From IMG/VR virus record IMGVR_UViG_2529292829_000009: 11,715 nucleotides of DNA; one strand, 5' to 3'. Numbering within the stretch: the stretch's first letter is position 1; each line of letters opens with the position of its first letter. The DNA comes from a virus (lineage: Duplodnaviria; Heunggongvirae; Uroviricota; Caudoviricetes). A model generated the notes under the pieces. The model did no database searches. It had not been told where the DNA came from and was given only the letters and a program-made list of their open reading frames with translations. The position numbers and the translations under genes were made by a program. Of this stretch, positions 1 through 7,454 are shown piece by piece.

Positions 1-240
1 ACAGATACTGAGGCACAGCATAACGCCGCAGTAGAAGCAGCAGAAGCACAGCGCCAGTCACTGATTGATGCAGCAATGGCTTCCATTAGTCTGATTCAGC
101 TGAAATTACAGGCCGGACGGAAACTGACTCAGGCAGAAACAACCCGACTTAACGCCGTGCTGGATTACATTGACGCGGTGACGGCAACAGATACCAGCAC
201 CGCGCCGGATGTCATCTGGCCTGAACTGCCGGAGGCGTAG
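1..240 (+). CDS. Tail fibre assembly protein (Tfa/gpG-like), C-terminal fragment; 5' end outside window
   Basis: Open frame 1 from position 1 to TAG at 238..240; translation ends ...[30 protein letters not shown], the C-terminal motif typical of phage Tfa chaperones; same orientation as the downstream tail operon. Confidence 0.7.
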   Translation, partial: TDTEAQHNAAVEAAEAQRQSLIDAAMASISLIQLKLQAGRKLTQAETTRLNAVLDYIDAVTATDTSTAPDVIWPELPEA

Positions 241-640
241 GCCATTCAATATCGGGTGCTGTTGAAGTATCAACACGCATCAGCAGCACACGGTATTTCT
301 TCCATTCGGTGAGAGTTGAAGTTTCTTCATCAGTTGCGATATCAGCATCAACAGCATCCTGACGCCAGGATATTTCACTGTCAGCTTTTTCCCGTAATTG
401 GGATTTTTTAACTTCAGCAATAGCTATTAATTCCTTTTTGGTCGGCTGAGGAATATCTATCAGTGCTGGTTTTCCATTCAGTGTTCCAATCTGTTTTCCT
501 GGTGGAATATCCATAAATAACTTTTTATGTTCTTCCTCACTGACTATTACACCATCATCAGGCCACAGACCTGATGCCTCAAATTTTTCTTTCTCCGATA
601 TGGGGAAAAAGCCATTTGCTTTAGCGCTCCATACGTACAT
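212..640 (-). CDS. Tail fibre assembly protein (Tfa), alternate cassette inside the invertible segment
   Basis: 142-aa ORF ending ...[39 protein letters not shown], matching the conserved Tfa C-terminus; convergent with and overlapping the + strand tfa fragment; start ATG 1 nt downstream of the stop of the 642..977 ORF. Confidence 0.8.
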   Translation of the reverse strand: MYVWSAKANGFFPISEKEKFEASGLWPDDGVIVSEEEHKKLFMDIPPGKQIGTLNGKPALIDIPQPTKKELIAIAEVKKSQLREKADSEISWRQDAVDADIATDEETSTLTEWKKYRVLLMRVDTSTAPDIEWPTPPAVQAR

Positions 641-641
641 A

Positions 642-949
642 TCAATACCCCACCGCTATAATGTCCACATTAAATCCCCCGGGACCTGCCTGCCAGATGC
701 TGGCCCCTGTTAATGATTTTGTTTGATGAACAACCGCCACATTTGCTGGCGATAGTGTTTCAGTTGTTACAGTACCGATATCATTCCAGTTAATTGAGAT
801 GGAATAGTTCGTTGTTGTAAACGACCGGGGGAAAGTTATGTGTCTTGCATTGGTGCCAACAGGAAATCCAAGATAAACACGCTGAATTATCATTCCTCCA
901 GGTAACATAACCCAGTTAGCACCTTCTCCAAAACCAACGTTTAAGAAAA
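642..949 (-). CDS. Tail fibre protein C-terminal variable cassette (promoterless, no genuine start of its own; would be fused to the constant 5' part of the tail-fibre gene only after inversion)
   Basis: Minus-strand frame open from the crossover site down to TGA at 642..644, immediately followed by tfa; the ORF-track start at 977 lies outside the crossover site and is probably not a real start; arrangement mirrors Mu Sv'-U' and P1 cassettes. Confidence 0.5.
924..949. other. 26-bp hix/gix-like crossover site for the DNA invertase (TTCTCCAAAACC-AA-CGTTTAAGAAAA)
   Basis: Imperfect dyad of two 12-bp half-sites around a central AA; by my recollection of hixL (TTCTTGAAAACCAAGGTTTTTGATAA) about 20 of 26 positions match; lies inside the 5' end of the silent fibre cassette and about 55 bp upstream of the invertase start. 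Confidence 0.65.
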
Positions 950-1004
950 TGCAGAGGTAACAGCTAACTGGCATCATCTCCGGTTTTTATTCAGGGGGAT
1001 GCTC

Positions 1005-1571
1005 ATGCTTATTGGCTATGTACGCGTGTCAACAAATGACCAGAACACCGATTTGCAACGTAATGCACTGAACTGCGCGGGATGTGAGCGAATTTTTGAG
1101 GATAAAATCAGTGGCACTAAGTCCGACAGACCGGGGCTGAAAAAACTGCTCAGGACACTATCGGCAGGTGACACACTGGTTGTCTGGAAGCTGGACAGGT
1201 TGGGGCGCAGTATGCGGCATCTTGTTACGCTGATAGAAGAGTTGCGCCAGCGTGGCGTGAATTTCCGAAGCCTGACTGACAGTATTGATACCAGTACCCC
1301 AATGGGCCGTTTCTTTTTTCATGTCATGGGTGCCCTGGCTGAAATGGAACGCGAACTGATAGTTGAACGTACCAGGGCAGGGCTGGCTGCAGCTCGTGCC
1401 AAAGGCAGAGTAGGTGGGCGTCGTCCTAAGTTGACCACCGAACAGTGGGCACAGATTGGACGTTTACTCGAGGCCGGAGAATCAAGACAGCGTATTGCAC
1501 TGATTTTTGATGTGGGCGTTTCTACCATTTATAGAAAATTTCCGGTGAATGAGAGCAATGAATCGCCCTGA
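1005..1571 (+). CDS. pin: Serine DNA invertase, Hin/Gin/Cin/Pin (Din) family
   Basis: Translation from ATG 1005 begins MLIGYVRVSTNDQ (resolvase/invertase N-terminus with the catalytic Ser) and carries a C-terminal helix-turn-helix; GGGGG Shine-Dalgarno at 994..998; closely resembles e14 Pin as I remember it. The ORF-track start at 999 adds two residues and is less likely. Confidence 0.9.
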   Translation: MLIGYVRVSTNDQNTDLQRNALNCAGCERIFEDKISGTKSDRPGLKKLLRTLSAGDTLVVWKLDRLGRSMRHLVTLIEELRQRGVNFRSLTDSIDTSTPMGRFFFHVMGALAEMERELIVERTRAGLAAARAKGRVGGRRPKLTTEQWAQIGRLLEAGESRQRIALIFDVGVSTIYRKFPVNESNESP

Positions 1572-1608
1572 GTCAGCATTATTTTGATTTTTCCTGTAAG
1601 CGGACAAA

Positions 1609-1635
1609 TACCGTTATTTTGTATGAATAACGGTA
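1609..1635. repeat. Perfect 10-bp inverted repeat (TACCGTTATT, 7-nt spacer, AATAACGGTA) in the pin-FI intergenic region
   Basis: Read directly from the sequence: 1609..1618 is the reverse complement of 1626..1635. Confidence 0.6.
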
Positions 1636-1637
1636 CA
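1620..1637 (+). promoter_or_regulatory. Candidate Ogr-binding element (TGT-N12-ACA) of the late promoter for the FI-FII-E-T-U-D operon
   Basis: TGT at 1620..1622 and ACA at 1635..1637 separated by 12 nt, centred about 85 bp upstream of the FI ATG, consistent with a -55-centred activator site plus a short leader as in P2/P4 late promoters. Confidence 0.5.
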
Positions 1638-1713
1638 ACTGCGCTTAGCTGTTTGTCAGGCACAATCACTTCAACATAGGGCGAAGCCTAATCCAATCAG
1701 GAGGTTCGCCACT

Positions 1714-2886
1714 ATGGCTCAGGATTACCACCACGGGGTGCGCGTTGTTGAAGTCAACGAAGGCCCCCGATCCATTACCACGGTGAGCACCGCCATCGTG
1801 GGTATGGTCTGCACGGGCGATGATGCCGATGCAAAAATGTTTCCTCTTAATAAACCCGTGCTGATCACTGATGTGCTGACTGCCAGCGGTAAAGCGGGTG
1901 AGTCCGGTACTCTGGCCCGTTCGCTGGATGCCATCGCTGACCAGGCAAAACCCGTGACCGTTGTTGTGCGTGTGCCGCAGGGTGAAACGGAAGACGAAAC
2001 CACGACCAATATCATCGGCGCTGTGACTGCTGAAGGTAAAAAAACAGGCATGAAAGCCCTGCTAGCTGCCCAGTCACAGCTCGGCGTTAAACCGCGCATT
2101 CTCGGCGTGCCAGGTCACGATAACAAAGCCGTTGCGACTGAGTTGCTGAGCGTGGCTCAAAGCCTGCGTGGGTTTGCCTACCTGTCAGCATATGGCTGCA
2201 AGACGGTACAGGAGGCGATCACTTACCGTGAAAACTTCAGCCAGCGCGAAGGAATGCTGATCTGGCCTGACTTTACTGGCTGGGACACGGTGCTGAATGC
2301 CGAAGCAACGGCATATGCCACCGCCCGTGCGCTTGGTCTGCGCTCCAAAATTGATGAGCAGACCGGGTGGCACAAAAGCCTGTCCAACGTGGGCGTGAAC
2401 GGTGTCACCGGAATTTCTGCAGATGTGTTCTGGGATCTGCAGGACCCGGCAACCGATGCGGGACTGCTTAACCAGAACGACGTCACCACGCTTATCCGCA
2501 AAGACGGTTTCCGCTTCTGGGGTTCCCGCTGCCTGAGTGATGACCCGCTCTTTGCCTTCGAAAACTACACCCGCACGGCGCAGGTACTGATGGACACGAT
2601 GGCAGAAGCGCATATGTGGGCGGTGGACAAACCGCTGAACCCGTCGCTGGCCCGCGACATTATCGAAGGTATCCGCGCCAAAATGCGCAGCCTGGTCAGT
2701 CAGGGCTATCTCATTGGTGGTGATTGCTGGCTGGATGAGTCGGTGAACGACAAAGACACGCTGAAAGCCGGAAAACTCCCCATCGACTATGACTACACGC
2801 CAGTGCCGCCACTTGAAAATCTGATGCTGCGTCAGCGCATCACCGATCAGTACCTGGTGAATTTTGCCAGCCAGGTCAGCGCGTAA
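1714..2886 (+). CDS. FI: Tail sheath protein (P2 gpFI family)
   Basis: 390 aa; N-terminus DYHHGV...STAIVGMVC and C-terminal ...[28 protein letters not shown] match P2 FI as I remember it; AGGAGG Shine-Dalgarno 9 nt upstream. Confidence 0.92.
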   Translation: MAQDYHHGVRVVEVNEGPRSITTVSTAIVGMVCTGDDADAKMFPLNKPVLITDVLTASGKAGESGTLARSLDAIADQAKPVTVVVRVPQGETEDETTTNIIGAVTAEGKKTGMKALLAAQSQLGVKPRILGVPGHDNKAVATELLSVAQSLRGFAYLSAYGCKTVQEAITYRENFSQREGMLIWPDFTGWDTVLNAEATAYATARALGLRSKIDEQTGWHKSLSNVGVNGVTGISADVFWDLQDPATDAGLLNQNDVTTLIRKDGFRFWGSRCLSDDPLFAFENYTRTAQVLMDTMAEAHMWAVDKPLNPSLARDIIEGIRAKMRSLVSQGYLIGGDCWLDESVNDKDTLKAGKLPIDYDYTPVPPLENLMLRQRITDQYLVNFASQVSA

Positions 2887-2895
2887 GGGGACAAC

Positions 2896-3411
2896 ATGGC
2901 TTTACCACGCAAATTAAAACACCTGAACCTGTTTAACGACGGGAACAACTGGCAGGGGATCGTTGAATCGCTGACGCTGCCGAAATTCACCCGCAAATAT
3001 GAGAAGTATCGCGGCGGCGGAATGCCGGGTGCAGTGGATGTGGATCTGGGGCTTGATGACAGTGCGCTGGACACAGAATTTTCCATTGGTGGTACTGAAC
3101 TGCTGCTGTTTAAACAGATGGGCAAAGCCACGGTGGATGGCATCCAGTTGCGCTTCACCGGCTCTATCCAGCGTGACGATACCGGAGAAGTGCAGGCCGT
3201 GGAGCTTGTGGTGCGTGGGCGTCACAAAGAAGTGGATTCCGGCGAGTGGAAGACGGGCGAAAGCAACACCACCAAAGTGACCAGTACCAACAGCTACGCG
3301 AAGCTGACTATCAATGGTGAGGTGCTCTATGAAGTGGACCTTATCAACATGGTGGAAATTGTGGACGGTGTGGACCTGATGGAAGCGCACCGCAACGCAC
3401 TCGGCCTCTGA
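2896..3411 (+). CDS. FII: Tail tube protein (P2 gpFII family)
   Basis: 171 aa starting MALPRKLKHLNLFNDG..., typical of P2 FII; AAGGGGA Shine-Dalgarno; immediately downstream of FI. Confidence 0.92.
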   Translation: MALPRKLKHLNLFNDGNNWQGIVESLTLPKFTRKYEKYRGGGMPGAVDVDLGLDDSALDTEFSIGGTELLLFKQMGKATVDGIQLRFTGSIQRDDTGEVQAVELVVRGRHKEVDSGEWKTGESNTTKVTSTNSYAKLTINGEVLYEVDLINMVEIVDGVDLMEAHRNALGL

Positions 3412-3422
3412 TGTATCTGAAC

Positions 3423-3440
3423 GGCGCGGGATTCCGCGCC
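3423..3440 (+). other. GC-rich hairpin (GGCGCGG-GATT-CCGCGCC) between FII and E
   Basis: Perfect 7-bp stem with 4-nt loop, 12 nt after the FII stop; no following U-tract, so not a classical intrinsic terminator. Confidence 0.5.
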
Positions 3441-3465
3441 AGAACCCAATTTACAGGACAACAAA

Positions 3466-3768
3466 ATGAGCGATAAGCAGACTGAAAAGACCATTCAACT
3501 GGATACCCCTATCAAGCGCGGTAAAACAGAAATTACCGAAATTGTGTTGCGTAAACCTCAGTCTGGTGCGCTGCGCGGCACACGCCTGCAGGCCATTATG
3601 GATATGGATGTCAACGCGATGATGACCGTGATCCCCCGCATCTCCAGCCCGGCACTGACTGCACAGGAAATTGCAGAGATGGACCCGGCAGATCTCACCG
3701 CTATGTCGGTTGAGGTTGTCACTTTTTTGTTGAAGAAGTCGGTGCTTGCCGGTTTACCGACAGCCTGA
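3466..3768 (+). CDS. E: Tail assembly chaperone gpE (zero-frame product)
   Basis: 100-aa ORF at the position of P2 E between FII and T; carries the T_TTT_TTG slippery heptamer near its 3' end. Confidence 0.8.
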   Translation: MSDKQTEKTIQLDTPIKRGKTEITEIVLRKPQSGALRGTRLQAIMDMDVNAMMTVIPRISSPALTAQEIAEMDPADLTAMSVEVVTFLLKKSVLAGLPTA

Positions 3769-3902
3769 CGGTTGACGATCTGGTGGCAGATATCGCCACC
3801 ATTTTTCACTGGCCGCCATCCGTTACTGACGTTATGCCGCTGACCGAAGTGCTGGAATGGCGGTATAAAGCGATTCAGAGAAGCAGGGCCAACGATGAGT
3901 GA
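3466..3902 (+). CDS. gpE+E' fusion made by programmed -1 ribosomal frameshift at the slippery site 3723..3729
   Basis: After a -1 slip on TTTTTTG the frame stays open for 57 codons (FVEEVGACRFTDSLTVDD...LEWRYKAIQRSRANDE) to TGA at 3900..3902, overlapping the T start at 3895; same architecture as the P2 E/E' pair. Confidence 0.65.
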
Positions 3903-6900
3903 TAATAACCTGCGCCTGCAGGTCATTCTTAATGCGGTTGACAAACTCCCCCGCCCATTCCGTGCTGCACAGGCCAGTTCGAAAGAGCTGGCTGGCGCAA
4001 TCAGAAACTCCCGTGACGCATTAAAGCAACTCAATCAGGCGGGTAACAGCCTGGAAAAATTTCGCAAGCTGCAGGCAGATAACAAAAAGTTAGGCGACAG
4101 GCTGAACTATGCCAGACAGAAGGCTAATTTGCTTAGCTCTGAGCTGGAAGCGATGGAACAACCATCACAACGGCACCTTGTGGCTTTAGGTCGGCAAACG
4201 CTGGCAGTCCAACGCCTGGAAGAACAACAAAAATATTTGCAGAAGCAAACGGCGCTTGTGCGTGCAGAACTGTACCGGGCGGGAATTTCTGCGAAAGATG
4301 ATGCGGGAGCAACTGCCCGTTTAGCCCGTGAAACATCACGTTATAACCAGGAACTTTCGAAACAGGAGGCACGGCTGAAGCGACTGGGGGAAGCTCAGCG
4401 CAGGATGAATGCGGCGCGTGCCAGTTATGCCCGTTCACTGGAGGTGCGTGATCGTATTGCAGGTGCCGGAGCCACCACCACGGCTGCAGGGCTGGCAATG
4501 GGTGCGCCAGTGATGGCAGCAGTAAAAAGCTATACCAGCATGGAAGATGCCATGAAAGGTGTGGCAAAGCAGGTCAATGGTCTGCGTGATGATAATGGCA
4601 ACCGCACTGCGCGTTTTTACGAAATGCAGGATGCCTTCAAGGCTGCCAGCGAACAGTTGCCGATGGAAAACGGTGCGGTGGACTTCGCTGCACTGGTTGA
4701 AGGTGGTGCGCGCATGAACGTCGCAAACCCTGACGACAGCTGGAAAGACCAGAAACGTGACCTGCTGGCCTTCGCCAGTACGGCAGCAAAGGCGGCAACA
4801 GCCTTTGAGCTGCCAGCGGATGAACTGTCAGAAAGTCTGGGGAAAATCGCCCAGCTCTACAAAATACCTACCCGCAATATTGAACAGCTCGGCGATGCGC
4901 TGAACTATCTGGATGATAACGCCATGTCGAAAGGGGCGGACATCATTGATGTGATGCAACGTCTGGGCGGTGTGGCTGACCGTCTGGATTATCGTAAAGC
5001 GGCGGCGCTGGGTTCCACCTTCCTGACACTGGGAGCTGCGCCGGAGGTTGCAGCCAGTGCAGCAAACGCGATGGTGCGTGAATTATCCATTGCCACCATG
5101 CAGAGCAAGAGTTTCTTTGAAGGGATGAATCTGCTGAAACTCAATCCTGAAGTGATTGAAAAGCAGATGACGAAGGATGCGATGGGAACTATCCAGCGTG
5201 TTCTGGAGAAGGTGAACGCACTACCGCAGGATAAGCGACTGTCTGCCATGACCATGTTGTTTGGTAAAGAGTTTGGCGATGACGCGGCGAAACTGGCAAA
5301 CAACCTGCCGGAACTACAGCGCCAGCTAAAACTGACAGCGGGCAATGATGCGCTCGGTTCCATGCAGAAAGAATCCGACATCAACAAGGACTCACTTTCT
5401 GCTCAGTGGTTGCTGGTTAAAACCGGAGCGCAGAATACCTTCAGCAGCCTGGGCGAAACGCTGCGCCAGCCGCTGATGGATATTCTGTACACGGTGAAAA
5501 GCGTTACGGGAGCGTTGCGTCGCTGGGTGGAAGCTAACCCGGAACTGACGGGCACACTGATGAAAGTAGCCGCTATTGTGGCTGCGGTTACCGTAGGCCT
5601 CGGCACTTTGGCTGTGGCGCTGGCTGCAGTGCTGGGGCCGCTGGCAGTCATCCGTCTGGGGTTCTCTGTGCTGGGTATCAAAACGTTACCTTCCGTTACG
5701 GCAGCAGTAACTCGAACCAGCAGCGCGTTGTCCTGGCTGGCTGGCGCACCACTGGCACTGCTGCGACGCGGGCTTGCTTCATCGGGCAACGCCGCAGGTT
5801 TACTTACTGCGCCGTTGTCGTCTTTGCGCCGCACGGCATCACTGACGGGAAATGTCCTGAAAACTGTAGCAGGTGCGCCGGTTGCACTTTTGCGGTCTGG
5901 ATTATCCGGTTTACGTGCTGTTGCTGTGATGTTTATGAATCCTCTGGCGGTACTGCGCGGTGGACTGGCCGCCGCAGGCACGGTGCTGCGAGTACTGGCA
6001 TCTGGTCCACTGGCGATGCTGCGCGTTGCCCTGTATGCCGTATCTGGTCTGTTAGGTGCTCTGCTCAGTCCGATAGCTCTTGTGGTTACTGCACTGGCGG
6101 GCGTGGCGCTGGTTGTCTGGAAATACTGGCAACCCATCACCGCATTTCTTGGTGGCGTGGTGGAAGGATTCAAAGCTGCGGCAGGTCCAGTCAGTGCAGC
6201 ATTCGAACCGCTTAAGCCCGTGTTCCAGTGGATTGGCGACAAAGTACAGGCGTTGTGGGGCTGGTTTACTGATCTGCTGACGCCCGTTAAGTCGACCTCT
6301 GCCGAACTGCAGAGTGCAGCGGCAATGGGGCGGCGATTCGGGGAGGCACTGGCGGAAGGGCTGAATATGGTCATGCATCCGCTGGACTCCCTGAAATCCG
6401 GCGTTTCCTGGTTGCTGGAGAAACTCGGCGTTGTCAGTAAAGAGGCCGCAAAGGCGAAACTACCGGAAAGTGTGACGCGTCAGCAACCTGCGACGGTGAA
6501 TACAGACGGTAAAGTGATGATGCCATCGGGTGGTTTTCCGTCATGGGGATATGGCTTTGCGGGGATGTATGACAGCGGCGGCTATATCCCGCGCGGGCAG
6601 TTTGGCATCGTCGGTGAAAACGGGCCGGAAATTGTTAACGGCCCGGCAAACGTGACCAGCCGGAGAAATACAGCTGCACTGGCTGCCGTTGTTGCCGGAA
6701 TGATGGGCGTTGCTGCCGCGCCTGCAGAGCTTCCACCGTTGCATCCTTTGGCACTTCCCGCGAAAGGCGGCGAAGCGATGGTGAGTCGTGCAGCCACTGT
6801 GCCGCCCGTTCAACGGATTGAGGCACCGACGCAGATCATCATTCAGACGCAGCCAGGACAAAGTGCGCAGGATATTGCGCGGGAGGTGGCACGCCAGCTT

Positions 6901-6972
6901 GATGAACGTGAACGCAGGCTGAAGGCAAAAGCCAGGAGTAACTACAGCGATCAGGGGGGATACGACGCATGA
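3895..6972 (+). CDS. T: Tail tape measure protein (P2 gpT family)
   Basis: 1025 aa; coiled-coil-rich N-terminal region, hydrophobic Ala/Leu/Gly-rich repeats in the middle, a Gly-rich C-terminal motif (GMYDSGGYIPRGQFGIVGENGPEIVNG); position between E/E' and U. Confidence 0.88.
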   Translation: MSDNNLRLQVILNAVDKLPRPFRAAQASSKELAGAIRNSRDALKQLNQAGNSLEKFRKLQADNKKLGDRLNYARQKANLLSSELEAMEQPSQRHLVALGRQTLAVQRLEEQQKYLQKQTALVRAELYRAGISAKDDAGATARLARETSRYNQELSKQEARLKRLGEAQRRMNAARASYARSLEVRDRIAGAGATTTAAGLAMGAPVMAAVKSYTSMEDAMKGVAKQVNGLRDDNGNRTARFYEMQDAFKAASEQLPMENGAVDFAALVEGGARMNVANPDDSWKDQKRDLLAFASTAAKAATAFELPADELSESLGKIAQLYKIPTRNIEQLGDALNYLDDNAMSKGADIIDVMQRLGGVADRLDYRKAAALGSTFLTLGAAPEVAASAANAMVRELSIATMQSKSFFEGMNLLKLNPEVIEKQMTKDAMGTIQRVLEKVNALPQDKRLSAMTMLFGKEFGDDAAKLANNLPELQRQLKLTAGNDALGSMQKESDINKDSLSAQWLLVKTGAQNTFSSLGETLRQPLMDILYTVKSVTGALRRWVEANPELTGTLMKVAAIVAAVTVGLGTLAVALAAVLGPLAVIRLGFSVLGIKTLPSVTAAVTRTSSALSWLAGAPLALLRRGLASSGNAAGLLTAPLSSLRRTASLTGNVLKTVAGAPVALLRSGLSGLRAVAVMFMNPLAVLRGGLAAAGTVLRVLASGPLAMLRVALYAVSGLLGALLSPIALVVTALAGVALVVWKYWQPITAFLGGVVEGFKAAAGPVSAAFEPLKPVFQWIGDKVQALWGWFTDLLTPVKSTSAELQSAAAMGRRFGEALAEGLNMVMHPLDSLKSGVSWLLEKLGVVSKEAAKAKLPESVTRQQPATVNTDGKVMMPSGGFPSWGYGFAGMYDSGGYIPRGQFGIVGENGPEIVNGPANVTSRRNTAALAAVVAGMMGVAAAPAELPPLHPLALPAKGGEAMVSRAATVPPVQRIEAPTQIIIQTQPGQSAQDIAREVARQLDERERRLKAKARSNYSDQGGYDA

Positions 6973-7454
6973 TGATGGTGCTGGGATTGTATGTGTTTAT
7001 GCTGCGCACCGTGCCGTATCAGGAGCTGCAGTATCAGCGCAGCTGGCGACATGCGGCAAACAGCCGGGTTAACCGACGCCCGTCAACGCAGTTTCTGGGA
7101 CCGGACAACGACATGCTGACGCTTTCTGGTGTTCTTATGCCGGAGGTAACGGGCGGCAGGCTGTCGTTGCTGGCTCTGGAGCAGATGGCAGAACAGGGAA
7201 AAGCATGGCCCCTGATTGAAGGCAGCGGCACGATTTACGGCATGTATGTGATTGAGGGACTGAATCAGACTAAAACGGAGTTTTTCCGCGACGGTATGCC
7301 GCGCCGGATTGAGTTCACCCTGTCGCTCAAACGGGTGGATGAATCCCTGTCCGATATGTTCGGTGATCTCAGTACGCAACTGAATAATCTGCAGGACACG
7401 GCAACATCTGCCTTAAGTGATATCAGTAAAACGGTGGGAGGGCTGCTGTCGTGA
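6969..7454 (+). CDS. U: Tail protein gpU
   Basis: 161 aa; ATG overlaps the T stop (ATGA); GGGGGGA Shine-Dalgarno upstream; conserved position between T and D in P2-like phages. Confidence 0.85.
   Translation: MMMVLGLYVFMLRTVPYQELQYQRSWRHAANSRVNRRPSTQFLGPDNDMLTLSGVLMPEVTGGRLSLLALEQMAEQGKAWPLIEGSGTIYGMYVIEGLNQTKTEFFRDGMPRRIEFTLSLKRVDESLSDMFGDLSTQLNNLQDTATSALSDISKTVGGLLS

Noticed and set aside
999-1571. Invertase start at ATG 999 (MLMLIGY...)
   Set aside because: ATG 999 overlaps the Shine-Dalgarno; ATG 1005 gives the canonical MLIGYVRVS N-terminus of serine invertases with 6-nt spacing from the GGGGG run.
1725-2613. Minus-strand ORFs (1725..2099, 2185..2613, 2223..2501) inside FI
   Set aside because: Antisense frames of the tail sheath gene; no ribosome-binding sites and no recognisable protein features.
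2914-3390. 158-aa minus-strand ORF and 93-aa + strand ORF (2999..3280) overlapping FII
   Set aside because: His/Val-rich or Cys/Trp-rich low-complexity translations in alternative frames of a confidently identified tail tube gene.
5403-6374. 323-aa minus-strand ORF (plus the 108-aa ORF at 6052..6378) inside the tape measure gene
   Set aside because: Antisense to a GC-rich, Ala/Leu-rich repeat region where stop codons are rare by chance; the translation is Ala/Ser/Thr/Pro/Arg-rich low complexity with no Shine-Dalgarno; the tape measure on the + strand has clear homology and operon context.
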